A DNA stretch of 64,000 bases from an uncultured Christensenella sp. (lineage in GTDB: Bacteria; Bacillota; Clostridia; Christensenellales; UBA3700). The DNA lies in contig CAJUBA010000001.1 of the NCBI GenBank assembly GCA_910584635.1, forward strand, positions 13,224 to 77,223, written 5' to 3'. This document shows positions 19,849 through 29,818 of this stretch, in pieces. The first letter of the stretch is position 1, and the number at the start of each line of letters is the position of its first letter. The position numbers and the translations under genes are program-made. Under the pieces are notes generated by a model. That model was not told the DNA's origin. It made no database searches and was given only the letters and a program-made list of their open reading frames with translations.

Positions 19849-20745
19849 TTATTGTTGATTTTGATTGATGATTTCTTGGGTTTTCTTCAAATTGCTTTTA
19901 CGGAAGAAATAAGCAATCGATCTGCCGGGTACGGAAAATTTGTCTTTGACAAGGCGATTTTCGTCTTTGGAAATAAGAGCGTCAAAATCGGGGCGGGGCG
20001 TTTGCAGACAGCGCGCCCGTCCTTTGTCGTAATATGAGCCGAAATACAAAGAATAGTCTTCGTCTATTTTATCCGCTATATTGTCTATCACGATAAAGCC
20101 CTTTTTTGGCAGATTATAAACGTCGTCGCCAATCCAGAAAACGTCAAGCGCGTTTTCGCTTACCATTTCTTCGACGGTAGGCAGAAACTTAGTAGTAAGT
20201 TGTGAAATTGCTACTAGCGCTTTGAATTTGTAATCTCCCAAAATGTTGAAACTTTCGCCGTTTGTTTTCAAGTCCAATACCACGCCGCAGCCGTAACATC
20301 CGTTGACTTTGCTAAAACAAGCGAACACGTCGCCTTTTTTCAAAGGAAAAGCAAATCTGCTTTTTAATTTTCGATTTGCGGGTTTAGGGTTTACGCTTTG
20401 AATTTTTTCCAAAAAAGTTTGAAGACATCTTTCTCTTCTTCTTATAATTTTCGGCTTTATGTTGAGAGCCTTCCAGTATTCGGTATCCTTTTTGTTTGAG
20501 ATTATATCTTGGACGGCAGACAGGATTTCAGAATTTAGACAACCGCATTTCCATTCGCAGTAGGCTATTGCAAAATAGGCGTTATGCAGTTCTCGTTCGT
20601 CTTGGCATGACTCTTTGCAAAAATTCAGAATTTTATTTTCTATTTCTTCGACGGAAATTTTTTCATAGTAATAATTATCAAAAAATATTTTATTGCAGTC
20701 TAAAAACGTTTCGTTGTCGGATATTCCCGCGCGTCGGTATTCCAT
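19849..20745 (-). CDS. Hypothetical Cys-rich cytoplasmic protein (orphan)
   Basis: 298-aa ORF on the opposite strand to all neighbours. SD GAGGT 5 nt upstream. No signal peptide or TM. Motifs CEWKCGC and NGCYGCG. Only a weak resemblance to two-domain immunity-protein architectures. Confidence 0.6.
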   Translation of the reverse strand: MEYRRAGISDNETFLDCNKIFFDNYYYEKISVEEIENKILNFCKESCQDERELHNAYFAIAYCEWKCGCLNSEILSAVQDIISNKKDTEYWKALNIKPKIIRRRERCLQTFLEKIQSVNPKPANRKLKSRFAFPLKKGDVFACFSKVNGCYGCGVVLDLKTNGESFNILGDYKFKALVAISQLTTKFLPTVEEMVSENALDVFWIGDDVYNLPKKGFIVIDNIADKIDEDYSLYFGSYYDKGRARCLQTPRPDFDALISKDENRLVKDKFSVPGRSIAYFFRKSNLKKTQEIINQNQQ

Positions 20746-20990
20746 TGTTACCTCGTAATGATTTTTGTATCATAATTATACAAAAAATTTTGCATTTTTT
20801 CAAGAGGTATGACAAATTTTGACCTTATAAAAATTGCGCTTTGAGTTTCTTTTTTGCAATTAAGACAATTATTGTCTTTTTTTAATAATATTACTAAACA
20901 TTTAATTTAAGTATTTACTTGTAAAAAATATAAATTTGTGCTATTATCTAATATACATAACTATGCGTACGCGCGTTTAACGGAGAGATT

Positions 20991-21872
20991 ATGGCGATAT
21001 ACAGTATGACGGGTTACGGTAAAGGGGTTGCGGAAAAAGACGGACTTAAAATTACCGTGGAACTTAAATCGGTAAATCACAGGTTTTTGGATTTGAATAT
21101 CAAACTTCCCAAGACTTTTGCTTTTGCCGAGGACGCTTTGAGAAAAATACTTCAAGCAAAGGTTGAGAGAGGTCATGTAGACGTATACGTCAACTTTGAA
21201 GACGGCAGAAAGGATAAATTCAAAGTTGCGGTAGATTACGACTTGGCAGAGCAGTACATACTTATAGCGAAAGAGTTGAAAGAAAAATACGGCGTTGACA
21301 ACAATTTGGGAACGAGTGAAATTATCCGTATTCCCGACGTAGTTTCGCAAGTAGCGGACGAGAACGACGAAGATACGCTTTTGTCGCTTATTAAGGAGTC
21401 TGCGATTATGGCGGCGGATAATCTCAACGCAATGCGTAGCGTTGAAGGAACGTCGCTTGTCGACGACCTTCTCAATAAGATTAAAGGTATAAGCGACGTG
21501 TTGCCTCAAATACAGGCGCTTGCGCCTATTGCCGTAGAAGAGTACAGAGATAAACTTCGCGACAGAGTGGAAGATTATCTAAAAGAAACTCCTATTGACG
21601 AAGTAAAACTGATAAATGAAATTGCTTTTTACAGCGATAAAGTATGCACGGACGAAGAGATAACAAGACTCTATACGCATATCGCTCATTTCCAATCCAT
21701 TGTGGAAGCGGGTGGCGCGATAGGCAAAAAACTTGATTTTATCGTTCAGGAAATGAACAGGGAAACGAATACTATCGGAAGCAAATGCAATAACGCGCAG
21801 ATAACCGAACGCGTGGTTTATCTCAAAAGCGAGATAGAAAAAATACGCGAGCAAGTTCAAAATTTAGTATAG
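20991..21872 (+). CDS. yicC: YicC/YloC-family stress-induced endoribonuclease
   Basis: MTGYGKG N-terminus, KSVNHRFLD, C-terminal NTIGSK...EIEKIREQVQN; heads the yloC-gmk-rpoZ block. Confidence 0.85.
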   Translation: MAIYSMTGYGKGVAEKDGLKITVELKSVNHRFLDLNIKLPKTFAFAEDALRKILQAKVERGHVDVYVNFEDGRKDKFKVAVDYDLAEQYILIAKELKEKYGVDNNLGTSEIIRIPDVVSQVADENDEDTLLSLIKESAIMAADNLNAMRSVEGTSLVDDLLNKIKGISDVLPQIQALAPIAVEEYRDKLRDRVEDYLKETPIDEVKLINEIAFYSDKVCTDEEITRLYTHIAHFQSIVEAGGAIGKKLDFIVQEMNRETNTIGSKCNNAQITERVVYLKSEIEKIREQVQNLV

Positions 21873-21916
21873 ACGTAAGGATTAAATTACCTCAAATGCG
21901 GTAATACGGAGAGTAT

Positions 21917-22534
21917 ATGGAAAACAAGAAAGGTTTGTTGATAGTAGTATCGGGACCGTCGGGCGCGGGAAAAGGCACAGTGTTGGCTCATACGGTGGAA
22001 AAGTATCCTAATTTGAAATATTCTGTATCCGTAACGACGAGAGCGCCTCGCGCAGGAGAAGTCGACGGAGTAAATTACTATTTCAAGAGCGTCGAAGAGT
22101 TTGAACAAATGCTGAAAGACAATAAGTTTTTGGAGTGTCAGAAGGTTTACGACAACTATTACGGCACGCCGATAGATTTGGTTCGCGAACGGCTTGACGA
22201 AGGATACGACGTGGTATTGGAGATAGACGTGAAGGGCGCGTTGGACGTGAAGAACAAATATCCCGAAGCGGTAATGATATTCATATCGCCGTCTAAAAGG
22301 TCGACTATCGAGGAGAGACTCAGAGGACGTTCGACGGAAAGCGAACAGCAGTTGAAACTGCGTACGGACAGCGCGATTGAAGAGATAAAACAAGCCGTGC
22401 TTTACGATTATATCGTGGTCAACGAAGACGCGGAAAAAGGCGCGATGGATATAGTATCCATTATAGAAGCGGAAAAGTGCAAAGTCAAAAACAATAAAAA
22501 ATTTATAGACAATCTAATATACGGAGGTAAATAA
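21917..22534 (+). CDS. gmk: Guanylate kinase
   Basis: P-loop GPSGAGKGT, TTRAPR.GE.DG..Y.F. Confidence 0.93.
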   Translation: MENKKGLLIVVSGPSGAGKGTVLAHTVEKYPNLKYSVSVTTRAPRAGEVDGVNYYFKSVEEFEQMLKDNKFLECQKVYDNYYGTPIDLVRERLDEGYDVVLEIDVKGALDVKNKYPEAVMIFISPSKRSTIEERLRGRSTESEQQLKLRTDSAIEEIKQAVLYDYIVVNEDAEKGAMDIVSIIEAEKCKVKNNKKFIDNLIYGGK

Positions 22535-22536
22535 TT

Positions 22537-22737
22537 ATGATGATTGATCCACCTATCGACAAGTTGATAAAAAAAGCAGAATGTCGCTACGCATTGGTTT
22601 GCGGAGTGGCGAAAAGAGCAAGACAGTTGGAGACTCAGTATCCCGAATTGCTTGAAGAACAGAAAACCAAGGCGATAAGTTACGCCGCTCAGGAAGTGTA
22701 CGAAGACAAAGTTATTATCAAAAGAGACGGTCAATAA
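22537..22737 (+). CDS. rpoZ: DNA-directed RNA polymerase subunit omega
   Basis: 66 aa; RYALVCGVAKRARQL core; located between gmk and coaBC. Confidence 0.88.
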   Translation: MMIDPPIDKLIKKAECRYALVCGVAKRARQLETQYPELLEEQKTKAISYAAQEVYEDKVIIKRDGQ

Positions 22738-22755
22738 TAACGGAGAATACGGCGG

Positions 22756-23937
22756 ATGTTGGAAAGTTTTAACGTTCTTTTGGGCGTAAGCGGCGGAATA
22801 GCCTGCTATAAATCGTGCGAAATAGTGTCGAGATTGAAGAAATTCGGCGCAGGCGTGGACGTGATAATGACTGCGCACGCGACGGAGTTCGTCTCGCCGT
22901 TAACTTTCGAAACTCTGTCGGCAAGACCTGTAGTAAGCGATATGTTTGCCCGTAAAGAGCAGTGGGAAGTGGAGCATATATCTCTTGCAAAAAAAGCGGA
23001 TATATGTGTTATCGCTCCCGCGACGGCAAACGTAATCGCTAAATTTGCGGACGGAATCGCAGACGATATGCTTACTACAACTTATCTCGCGCTCAAATGC
23101 CCTATTATAATAGCGCCGGCAATGAATACAAATATGTATGAAAATATAGCCGTCAAAGAGAATTTGGAAAAATTAAAGGAGCGCGGAGTTATAGTAGTCG
23201 ACAGCGTCGAAGGAAGACTGGCTTGCGGAGACAGCGGAAAAGGCAAGATGGCGGAGCCTTGCGATATTGTCGCAAAAGTCGTCGAAACGCTCTGTCCCAA
23301 AAACGATTACGCAGGTAAAAAAGTTTTGGTAACGGCGGGCGCGACAAGAGAGAATATTGACGGAGTGAGATTTATCACCAATCGTTCGTCAGGTAAAATG
23401 GGCGTGGAGATTGCCAAAGCCGTTATAGCGAGGGGCGGGGATGTAATACTTGTAAAAGGACTTACCCAAACGGATATTCCCGCTTATATTAACAAGGTAG
23501 TAAACGTGGAAAGTACTTCGCAGATGTACGAAGCGGTTATGAATAATTACGCGGATAGCGATATAATCATTAAAGCGGCGGCGCCTAGCGATTACAGACC
23601 TAAGGAAAACATAGCAAATAAAATCAAAGGCGACAATATAACTTTGAATCTTGTAAAGAATCCCGATATAGCCAAAGCGGTCGGACAGGTCAAAGGAGAT
23701 AGAAAACTTGTTGTTTTTTGCGCGGAAACTCAAAACCTAATTGAGAGCGCAAAAGAAAAGTTGAAGAGTAAAAACGCCGATTTGGTAGTCGCCAACGACG
23801 TTACTCAAGAAGGCGCGGGGTTTGATACCGACACGAATATAGTAACGATACTTACCGCCGACGGAGAAATAAAACCTTTGCCGAAAATGAAAAAGAGCGA
23901 AGTTGCTCACGCCATATTGGACGAGGCGTTGAAATGA
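22756..23937 (+). CDS. coaBC: Bifunctional phosphopantothenoylcysteine decarboxylase / phosphopantothenate-cysteine ligase
   Basis: Flavoprotein N-domain (GVSGGIACYK, PAMN..M) and a DFP C-domain (ITN.SSGKMG). Confidence 0.92.
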   Translation: MLESFNVLLGVSGGIACYKSCEIVSRLKKFGAGVDVIMTAHATEFVSPLTFETLSARPVVSDMFARKEQWEVEHISLAKKADICVIAPATANVIAKFADGIADDMLTTTYLALKCPIIIAPAMNTNMYENIAVKENLEKLKERGVIVVDSVEGRLACGDSGKGKMAEPCDIVAKVVETLCPKNDYAGKKVLVTAGATRENIDGVRFITNRSSGKMGVEIAKAVIARGGDVILVKGLTQTDIPAYINKVVNVESTSQMYEAVMNNYADSDIIIKAAAPSDYRPKENIANKIKGDNITLNLVKNPDIAKAVGQVKGDRKLVVFCAETQNLIESAKEKLKSKNADLVVANDVTQEGAGFDTDTNIVTILTADGEIKPLPKMKKSEVAHAILDEALK

Positions 23938-26129
23938 TTGCGAGAGTTATCGTAGACATAAGCAATAGCGAAACGGATAAAATATTCGACTATGAAATTC
24001 CCTCGAATCTTGACGTTAGGAAAGGCAGCAGAGTTATCGTACCTTTCGGTACTCAGAGGTTGGAGGGTTTTTGCATTGACATAACTCCTACTTCCGACGT
24101 ACCCGCGCTGAAAAGCGTAGAAGGAGTACTGGATGAATTCGTATGTATAAGCGAAGAAATGTTATCGCTTATGCGTTACATGAAAGATAGATTTTACGTT
24201 CGCTACGTCGACAGCCTTCGACTGTTTATTCCGTCAAAACTAAGGGGTGGAAGAATAAAGGAACTTACAAGACTTTATTTGACGTTAAATCCGTCTTTTA
24301 CTTATGAGGAAATAGTAGATTCTATTCCAGAAAGGGCAAAAAGCAGGTTGGCGTTGGTGGAAAGGCTTAAAGACGGCGGAGAGTATTTGAGCGTTATAGC
24401 GGGTGAATTTTCGGCAAGCGCGATAAACGCGTTAGTGAGCAAAGGACTTTTGATAAAGACTTCCGAGCAGGTAGAAAGAAAGCCGATGAAATCGGTTACT
24501 GGCGTAGAAGACAGGTATATTTTAAGAGAGTGTCAGAAGAAAGCGCTTGAAAAGATTTTTTCAGCCGAGCAGACGGCTACGTTATTACACGGAGTTACCG
24601 GAAGCGGCAAGACTCTCGTATATATGAGCGCTATCAAGAAAGTCTTGGACGAAGGCAAAACTGCGATAATGCTTGTTCCTGAAATATCGCTGACCCCGCA
24701 AATGTTGAGAAATTTCAGAGGTTATTTCGGCGACAGCGTAGCGATGTTGCACAGCGGACTAAGCGACGGGGAGCGTTTTGACGAATGGAAAAGACTTCTC
24801 AAAGGCGAAGCGAGAATCGTTGTGGGAGCGCGCTCTGCGATATTTGCGCCGGTAAAGAATCTGGGACTTATAATAATTGACGAGGAACACGACGCAAGTT
24901 ATATAAGCGAATCAAATCCCAGATACCGCACGGTTGACGTCGCGTTATTCAGAGCCGATTACAACAACGCAAAAGTAGTGCTGGGGAGCGCAACTCCGTC
25001 GATAGAAAGTTACCTTTCGGCAAAGCGAGGAGATTACGCTTTGGCGGAAATGAACGAGAGAATATCCGATAAGGGTATGCCCGATATAGACGTTGTAAAT
25101 ATGTCTAGCGAGTTGTTGATGGGAAACACCGGTATGTTTTCCGCAAAACTTGAAGAGAGTATAAAGCGAACGGTCGAGAAAGGCGAACAGGTTATGATAT
25201 TTCTCAACCGTCGCGGACATTCTTCGTTTGTGATGTGCAGAAAATGCGGATACATAGCAAAATGTACGGATTGCGACGTTTCGCTGACGTATCACTCCGT
25301 CGACAGTATGTTGAAATGTCATTATTGCGGGAAGCGGTTCAAAATGCTGTCTTGCTGTCCCGATTGCGGAAGTATAAATATAAAATACGGGAAACTGGGA
25401 ACGCAGAGAGTAGTTGAAGAAGTTGAAAGACTTATTCCCGGCGTAAAAGTTTTGAGAATGGACAACGAAACAACTACGACGAAATCTTCGTACTTGGAAA
25501 TATTGGGAGCGTTCGCGTCAAAAGAAGCGCAAGTTTTGGTAGGTACTCAAATGATAGCCAAAGGACATGATTTTCCCGACGTAACGCTTGTGGGAATATT
25601 GGACGCGGATATGAGCCTTTACCATCAGGATTATCGTTCCAACGAGCGTACGTTTCAACTTGTTACGCAGGTTGCGGGCAGAGCGGGGCGAAGCAATAAA
25701 GGAGGCAAAGTTATTTTGCAGACTTATTCGCCTAATCACTACGTCTATAGGTTTGCCTCCAAATACGATTACGAAGGTTTTTTCGAAAAGGAAAACAACG
25801 TTCGTATGACGACGAATTTTCCGCCGTATACGACAATCATAAGAGTTCTTATGACGTCGGAGAACGAGGACAAAGTCATCGATTGCGCAAAGACTTTGTA
25901 CAGACATTTGAGAGAATACGCGGAGAAAAATTCAAGCGAATTTTTGTATATACAGGCTATGCGTTCGCCGCTCGGACGTATACAGAATAAATACCGTTAT
26001 CAGATAATAGCGAGAATAAAAAGACAGAAAGAAAGAGAAATAATAGCGGAATTCTACGGGACGATAGAAAAAAACAAATTCCGACAAGTATCGGTGTTTG
26101 CAGAACTCAATCCGCAGAATATGGCTTAG
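23934..26129 (+). CDS. priA: Primosomal protein N' (replication restart helicase)
   Basis: GVTGSGKT Walker A, DEEHD, Cys-rich insertion CRKCGY..C.DC...C.YCG...CP.CGS. ATGA overlap with coaBC. Confidence 0.92.
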   Translation: MIARVIVDISNSETDKIFDYEIPSNLDVRKGSRVIVPFGTQRLEGFCIDITPTSDVPALKSVEGVLDEFVCISEEMLSLMRYMKDRFYVRYVDSLRLFIPSKLRGGRIKELTRLYLTLNPSFTYEEIVDSIPERAKSRLALVERLKDGGEYLSVIAGEFSASAINALVSKGLLIKTSEQVERKPMKSVTGVEDRYILRECQKKALEKIFSAEQTATLLHGVTGSGKTLVYMSAIKKVLDEGKTAIMLVPEISLTPQMLRNFRGYFGDSVAMLHSGLSDGERFDEWKRLLKGEARIVVGARSAIFAPVKNLGLIIIDEEHDASYISESNPRYRTVDVALFRADYNNAKVVLGSATPSIESYLSAKRGDYALAEMNERISDKGMPDIDVVNMSSELLMGNTGMFSAKLEESIKRTVEKGEQVMIFLNRRGHSSFVMCRKCGYIAKCTDCDVSLTYHSVDSMLKCHYCGKRFKMLSCCPDCGSINIKYGKLGTQRVVEEVERLIPGVKVLRMDNETTTTKSSYLEILGAFASKEAQVLVGTQMIAKGHDFPDVTLVGILDADMSLYHQDYRSNERTFQLVTQVAGRAGRSNKGGKVILQTYSPNHYVYRFASKYDYEGFFEKENNVRMTTNFPPYTTIIRVLMTSENEDKVIDCAKTLYRHLREYAEKNSSEFLYIQAMRSPLGRIQNKYRYQIIARIKRQKEREIIAEFYGTIEKNKFRQVSVFAELNPQNMA

Positions 26130-26139
26130 GGAGAATAAA

Positions 26140-26586
26140 ATGGCATTGAGAGATATATTAACCGATCCAAATCCAACTTTGAGAAAGAAGTGCAGAGAGG
26201 TAGAAGTTTTCGATGAAAAACTCGGTAAACTTCTCGACGACATGAAAGAAACTATGCGCCATGCCGACGGCGTCGGACTCGCGGGGCCGCAAGTCGGAAT
26301 ACTAAGACGCGTCGCCGTAGTCGAGGTTGACGATTTTTATATCGAATTCGTTAATCCCGTTATCGTAAAGCAAAAGGGAGAACAGGACGGCGGAGAGGCG
26401 TGCTTAAGCGTGCCTGAAAAAAGCGCCAACGTTAAAAGACCGTATAAAGTTACGGTAGAGTATCAAGACAGATACGGAAAAAATATGACGGTTACGGCGG
26501 AGGGGTTTATTGCGAGAGCGTTTTGCCATGAGATAGATCATTTGGACGGTATACTTTTTTATGACCGCGCCAACGAAGGCAGATAA
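26140..26586 (+). CDS. def: Peptide deformylase
   Basis: GVGLAGPQVG, EACLSVP and HEIDHLDG motifs. Start moved to the ATG at 26140, preceded by AGGGAG. The 14-codon extension lies inside priA. Confidence 0.92.
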   Translation: MALRDILTDPNPTLRKKCREVEVFDEKLGKLLDDMKETMRHADGVGLAGPQVGILRRVAVVEVDDFYIEFVNPVIVKQKGEQDGGEACLSVPEKSANVKRPYKVTVEYQDRYGKNMTVTAEGFIARAFCHEIDHLDGILFYDRANEGR

Positions 26587-26598
26587 AGGAGAATGCGA

Positions 26599-27543
26599 GT
26601 GAGAATTCTTTTTATGGGTACGCCCGATTTTGCTCAGCAAGCGTTGAGCGCGATAATAGAGAGCGGATATAACGTTATAGGGGTAGTTACGCAACCCGAC
26701 AGAAAACGCGGAAGGGGCGAGGAGATATCTTTTTGTCCCGTCAAGGCGTACGCTGTTGAGAAAAATATACCCGTATATCAATATGAAAAAATTCGCATTG
26801 AAGGCGTCGACGACATAAAAAGAATGAATCCCGATATAATTGTAACCTGCGCTTATGGACAGATAATAAGCCAAGAAATTTTGGATATACCCAAGTACGG
26901 AGTAATAAATATTCACGCGTCGCTTCTGCCCAAATACAGAGGCAGCAGTCCTATTCAGTGGTGTCTTGTAAACGGAGAAAAAAAGACGGGGATTACGATA
27001 ATGCGTACCGCGCTCGCAGTGGATAGCGGAGATATACTTTTGCAAAAAGAAATAGAGATATTAGCGGACGAAAACGCAGGACAACTTTTTGACAGACTCG
27101 CAATTTTGGGCGGACAAGCCGTTGTTAAGGCGTTGGAAATAATATCTTCGGGAAAAGCGGTTTACGTTCCTCAAGACGAAACGTCGGCTACTCATTATCC
27201 GATGATAAGCAAAGAAGACGGCATAATAAATTGGGAAAATTCCGCGGAGAGTATTTACAACCGTATGCGCGGATTTACTCCGTGGCCGTCGGTTTACACT
27301 TTTCTTGACGGAAAAATATTCAAGATTTCCAAATGTAGAATTTGCACGGCGGAAGATGCGCCGGAAGGTATGGGGATTTATTTGAGCGGACAGATATATG
27401 TCGATAAGAATCGCGCGTTCGTCAAAACGGGCGACGGCGTTATAGAACTCTGCGAGGTTCAGTTGGAAGGTAAAAAATCTATGCAAATATCCGCGTTTCT
27501 AGCGGGCGGAAAATTGAAAAGCGGAGCGATACTGGGTAAATGA
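26599..27543 (+). CDS. fmt: Methionyl-tRNA formyltransferase
   Basis: RILFMGTPDFA N-terminus, HASLLPKYRG. GTG at 26599 is 7 nt from GGAG. The ORF-track ATG at 26593 is only 1 nt from it. Confidence 0.9.
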   Translation: MRILFMGTPDFAQQALSAIIESGYNVIGVVTQPDRKRGRGEEISFCPVKAYAVEKNIPVYQYEKIRIEGVDDIKRMNPDIIVTCAYGQIISQEILDIPKYGVINIHASLLPKYRGSSPIQWCLVNGEKKTGITIMRTALAVDSGDILLQKEIEILADENAGQLFDRLAILGGQAVVKALEIISSGKAVYVPQDETSATHYPMISKEDGIINWENSAESIYNRMRGFTPWPSVYTFLDGKIFKISKCRICTAEDAPEGMGIYLSGQIYVDKNRAFVKTGDGVIELCEVQLEGKKSMQISAFLAGGKLKSGAILGK

Positions 27544-28769
27544 ACGATTTGATTTTGGCTTTTGAGGTGTTGCTTGCCGTGTATAAAGACGGAGCGTACA
27601 GTTCGATAGAACTCAATAAGCGCGTGGACGGTGCAAGCAATCGCGCTATTGTAACGAGAATTGTTTACGGCGTGTTGCAAAACGACGTCAAATTGGAATA
27701 CTACCTAAGCAAGATAACTTCGAAAAGACCTTCAAAGACCATCTCGGTATTGCTTAAATTGGGTTTATATTGCCTTACCTACATAAATTCTATTCCTAAA
27801 TACGCACTAGTCGACAGCATTGTCGATATATGCGAAAAGTACGGAAAAAGACAGTTAAAAGGTTTTGTTAACGCGACTTTGAAAAATTTTGACGCGGCAA
27901 ATATACCTTTGCCGGAAAACAAAGCGGAACGTTTGAGCGTATGCGCCAGCGCGCCGTTGTGGCTTGTAAAGAAATATATTAAACAGTACGGCTACGAAGA
28001 ATGCGAGAAATTTTTGAGCGTTCCGACTTTTACCAAAGAGCATATTCGACCCAATAGCAGAAAGATTTCTTTGATTGAACTGAAAAACAAGTTGGACGAA
28101 AACAAAGTAAATTACCTAGAAAGCGAAGCGGGCGGAGTCTTTGTAGACAACTGCGCTTTTGTAAAAAAGATGTGTGAAGCGGGAAAAGTTACTATACAGT
28201 CGGTTACGTCTATGTATGCGGTAGAGGCTATGGAAATAAAAGAGGGCGACTTAATACTTGATTTATGCAGCGCGCCCGGCGGTAAAAGCGTTTTGATGAG
28301 CGAACTTACAAAACAAACCGTTACTGCTTGCGATATTCACGAACACCGATTGGATCTTATCCGCGCGTATGCGCGCAGAATGGGGGTCGATAATATCCAA
28401 GTATTATTGAACGACGCATGCAAGTTGAACAAAGATTTTATCGGCAAGTTTGATAAGACTCTTTGCGACGCGCCTTGCAGCGGTTTCGGAGTGGTAAGCA
28501 AAAAACCGGATATTTATCTAAATTCCTCGGAAGAGAAAATTGAGAGTCTTTCGCAGATACAGTACGAAATACTGTCCAACGCAAGTAAGTATACTAAAAA
28601 CAGAATCGTATATTCCACCTGCACGCTGCTTAGAGAGGAAAATTACAATATAGTGGGAAAATTTGTAAAAAACAATCCCGACTGGAAGGTTGTTTCTCAT
28701 AAACAGTATTTGCCGGACGGCAAAGGAACGGACGGCTTCTTTATTGCGGTATTGGAGAAAATCGTATGA
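27540..28769 (+). CDS. rsmB: 16S rRNA (cytosine967-C5)-methyltransferase (Sun/RsmB)
   Basis: NusB-like N-domain, DLCSAPGGKS, DAPCSG and TCT motifs. Overlaps the fmt stop. Confidence 0.88.
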   Translation: MNDLILAFEVLLAVYKDGAYSSIELNKRVDGASNRAIVTRIVYGVLQNDVKLEYYLSKITSKRPSKTISVLLKLGLYCLTYINSIPKYALVDSIVDICEKYGKRQLKGFVNATLKNFDAANIPLPENKAERLSVCASAPLWLVKKYIKQYGYEECEKFLSVPTFTKEHIRPNSRKISLIELKNKLDENKVNYLESEAGGVFVDNCAFVKKMCEAGKVTIQSVTSMYAVEAMEIKEGDLILDLCSAPGGKSVLMSELTKQTVTACDIHEHRLDLIRAYARRMGVDNIQVLLNDACKLNKDFIGKFDKTLCDAPCSGFGVVSKKPDIYLNSSEEKIESLSQIQYEILSNASKYTKNRIVYSTCTLLREENYNIVGKFVKNNPDWKVVSHKQYLPDGKGTDGFFIAVLEKIV

Positions 28770-29818
28770 CGGGCAAACTTTTAAGCGATTACAGCGTCGA
28801 AGAACTCGAATCTTTGGTATGTTCGTTAGAGCAACCGCGTTTTCGCGCTAAGCAGTTGTACGAATGGTTGAATAAAGGCGAAAACTTCGACGGTATGAGA
28901 AATATGCCAAAATCTTTTTTGGATGTTTTAAGTCAAGACGGCTTTTATCCGCAAGGCGTACAAATCGTCAAAGCGTTGACTTCGCCGACAGACGGAACCG
29001 TCAAATATCTTTACAGATTAAAAGACGGAAATATTATAGAAGGCGTGCTTATGAAATATAAGTACGGAAACACTCTTTGCGTATCAACGCAGGTAGGTTG
29101 CAGAATGAACTGTTCATTTTGCGCTTCGGGATTGGACGGACTTATAAGAAATCTTTCCGCAGGAGAAATTCTCGGACAGGTCGTAGCGGTTAACAGAGAA
29201 AATTCGTCTCAAAGCGAACGCGGAGTAACGAATATCGTGCTTATGGGAAGCGGTGAGCCTCTCGATAATTATGACAACGTCTGTAAATTTTTGAATTTAG
29301 TAAGCGACGAAAGAGGATTGAATATATCAAGAAGAAATATATCTCTGTCGACTTGCGGTCTGTGCGATAAGATAATAAAGTTGGCGGACGACGGTTTTTC
29401 GCCCACGTTGACAATTTCTCTGCATGCGCCAAACGACGAAATGAGAAAAGAAATAATGCCTATCGCGAAAAAATATTCAATAAGCGATATTATAAAAGCG
29501 GTTAAGTATTATTTTGACAAGACAGGTAGACGGATAATTTTCGAGTACTCCATGATTTCCGGTAAAAACGACGGCGAGGATTGCGCAAGGCAGTTGGCGG
29601 ACGTCGTTAAAGGACTTGCCTGTCATATAAATCTTATACCTCTCAATTACGTCAAAGAAAGAGGTTTGGCGGGAAGCAATAAGAAAAGTATTTATCGTTT
29701 TATGTCCGTACTTGAAAGTCGCGGTATAAGCGTAACTGTCAGAAGAAGCATGGGAAGCGATATTGAGGGCGCTTGCGGTCAACTCAGAAGAAAGGTGTTG
29801 AAAGATGAAAGTAATTGA
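28766..29818 (+). CDS. rlmN: 23S rRNA / tRNA (adenine-C2)-methyltransferase, radical SAM
   Basis: CRMNCSFCASG radical-SAM cluster motif, GEPL.N, final CGQL. Confidence 0.92.
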   Translation: MTGKLLSDYSVEELESLVCSLEQPRFRAKQLYEWLNKGENFDGMRNMPKSFLDVLSQDGFYPQGVQIVKALTSPTDGTVKYLYRLKDGNIIEGVLMKYKYGNTLCVSTQVGCRMNCSFCASGLDGLIRNLSAGEILGQVVAVNRENSSQSERGVTNIVLMGSGEPLDNYDNVCKFLNLVSDERGLNISRRNISLSTCGLCDKIIKLADDGFSPTLTISLHAPNDEMRKEIMPIAKKYSISDIIKAVKYYFDKTGRRIIFEYSMISGKNDGEDCARQLADVVKGLACHINLIPLNYVKERGLAGSNKKSIYRFMSVLESRGISVTVRRSMGSDIEGACGQLRRKVLKDESN

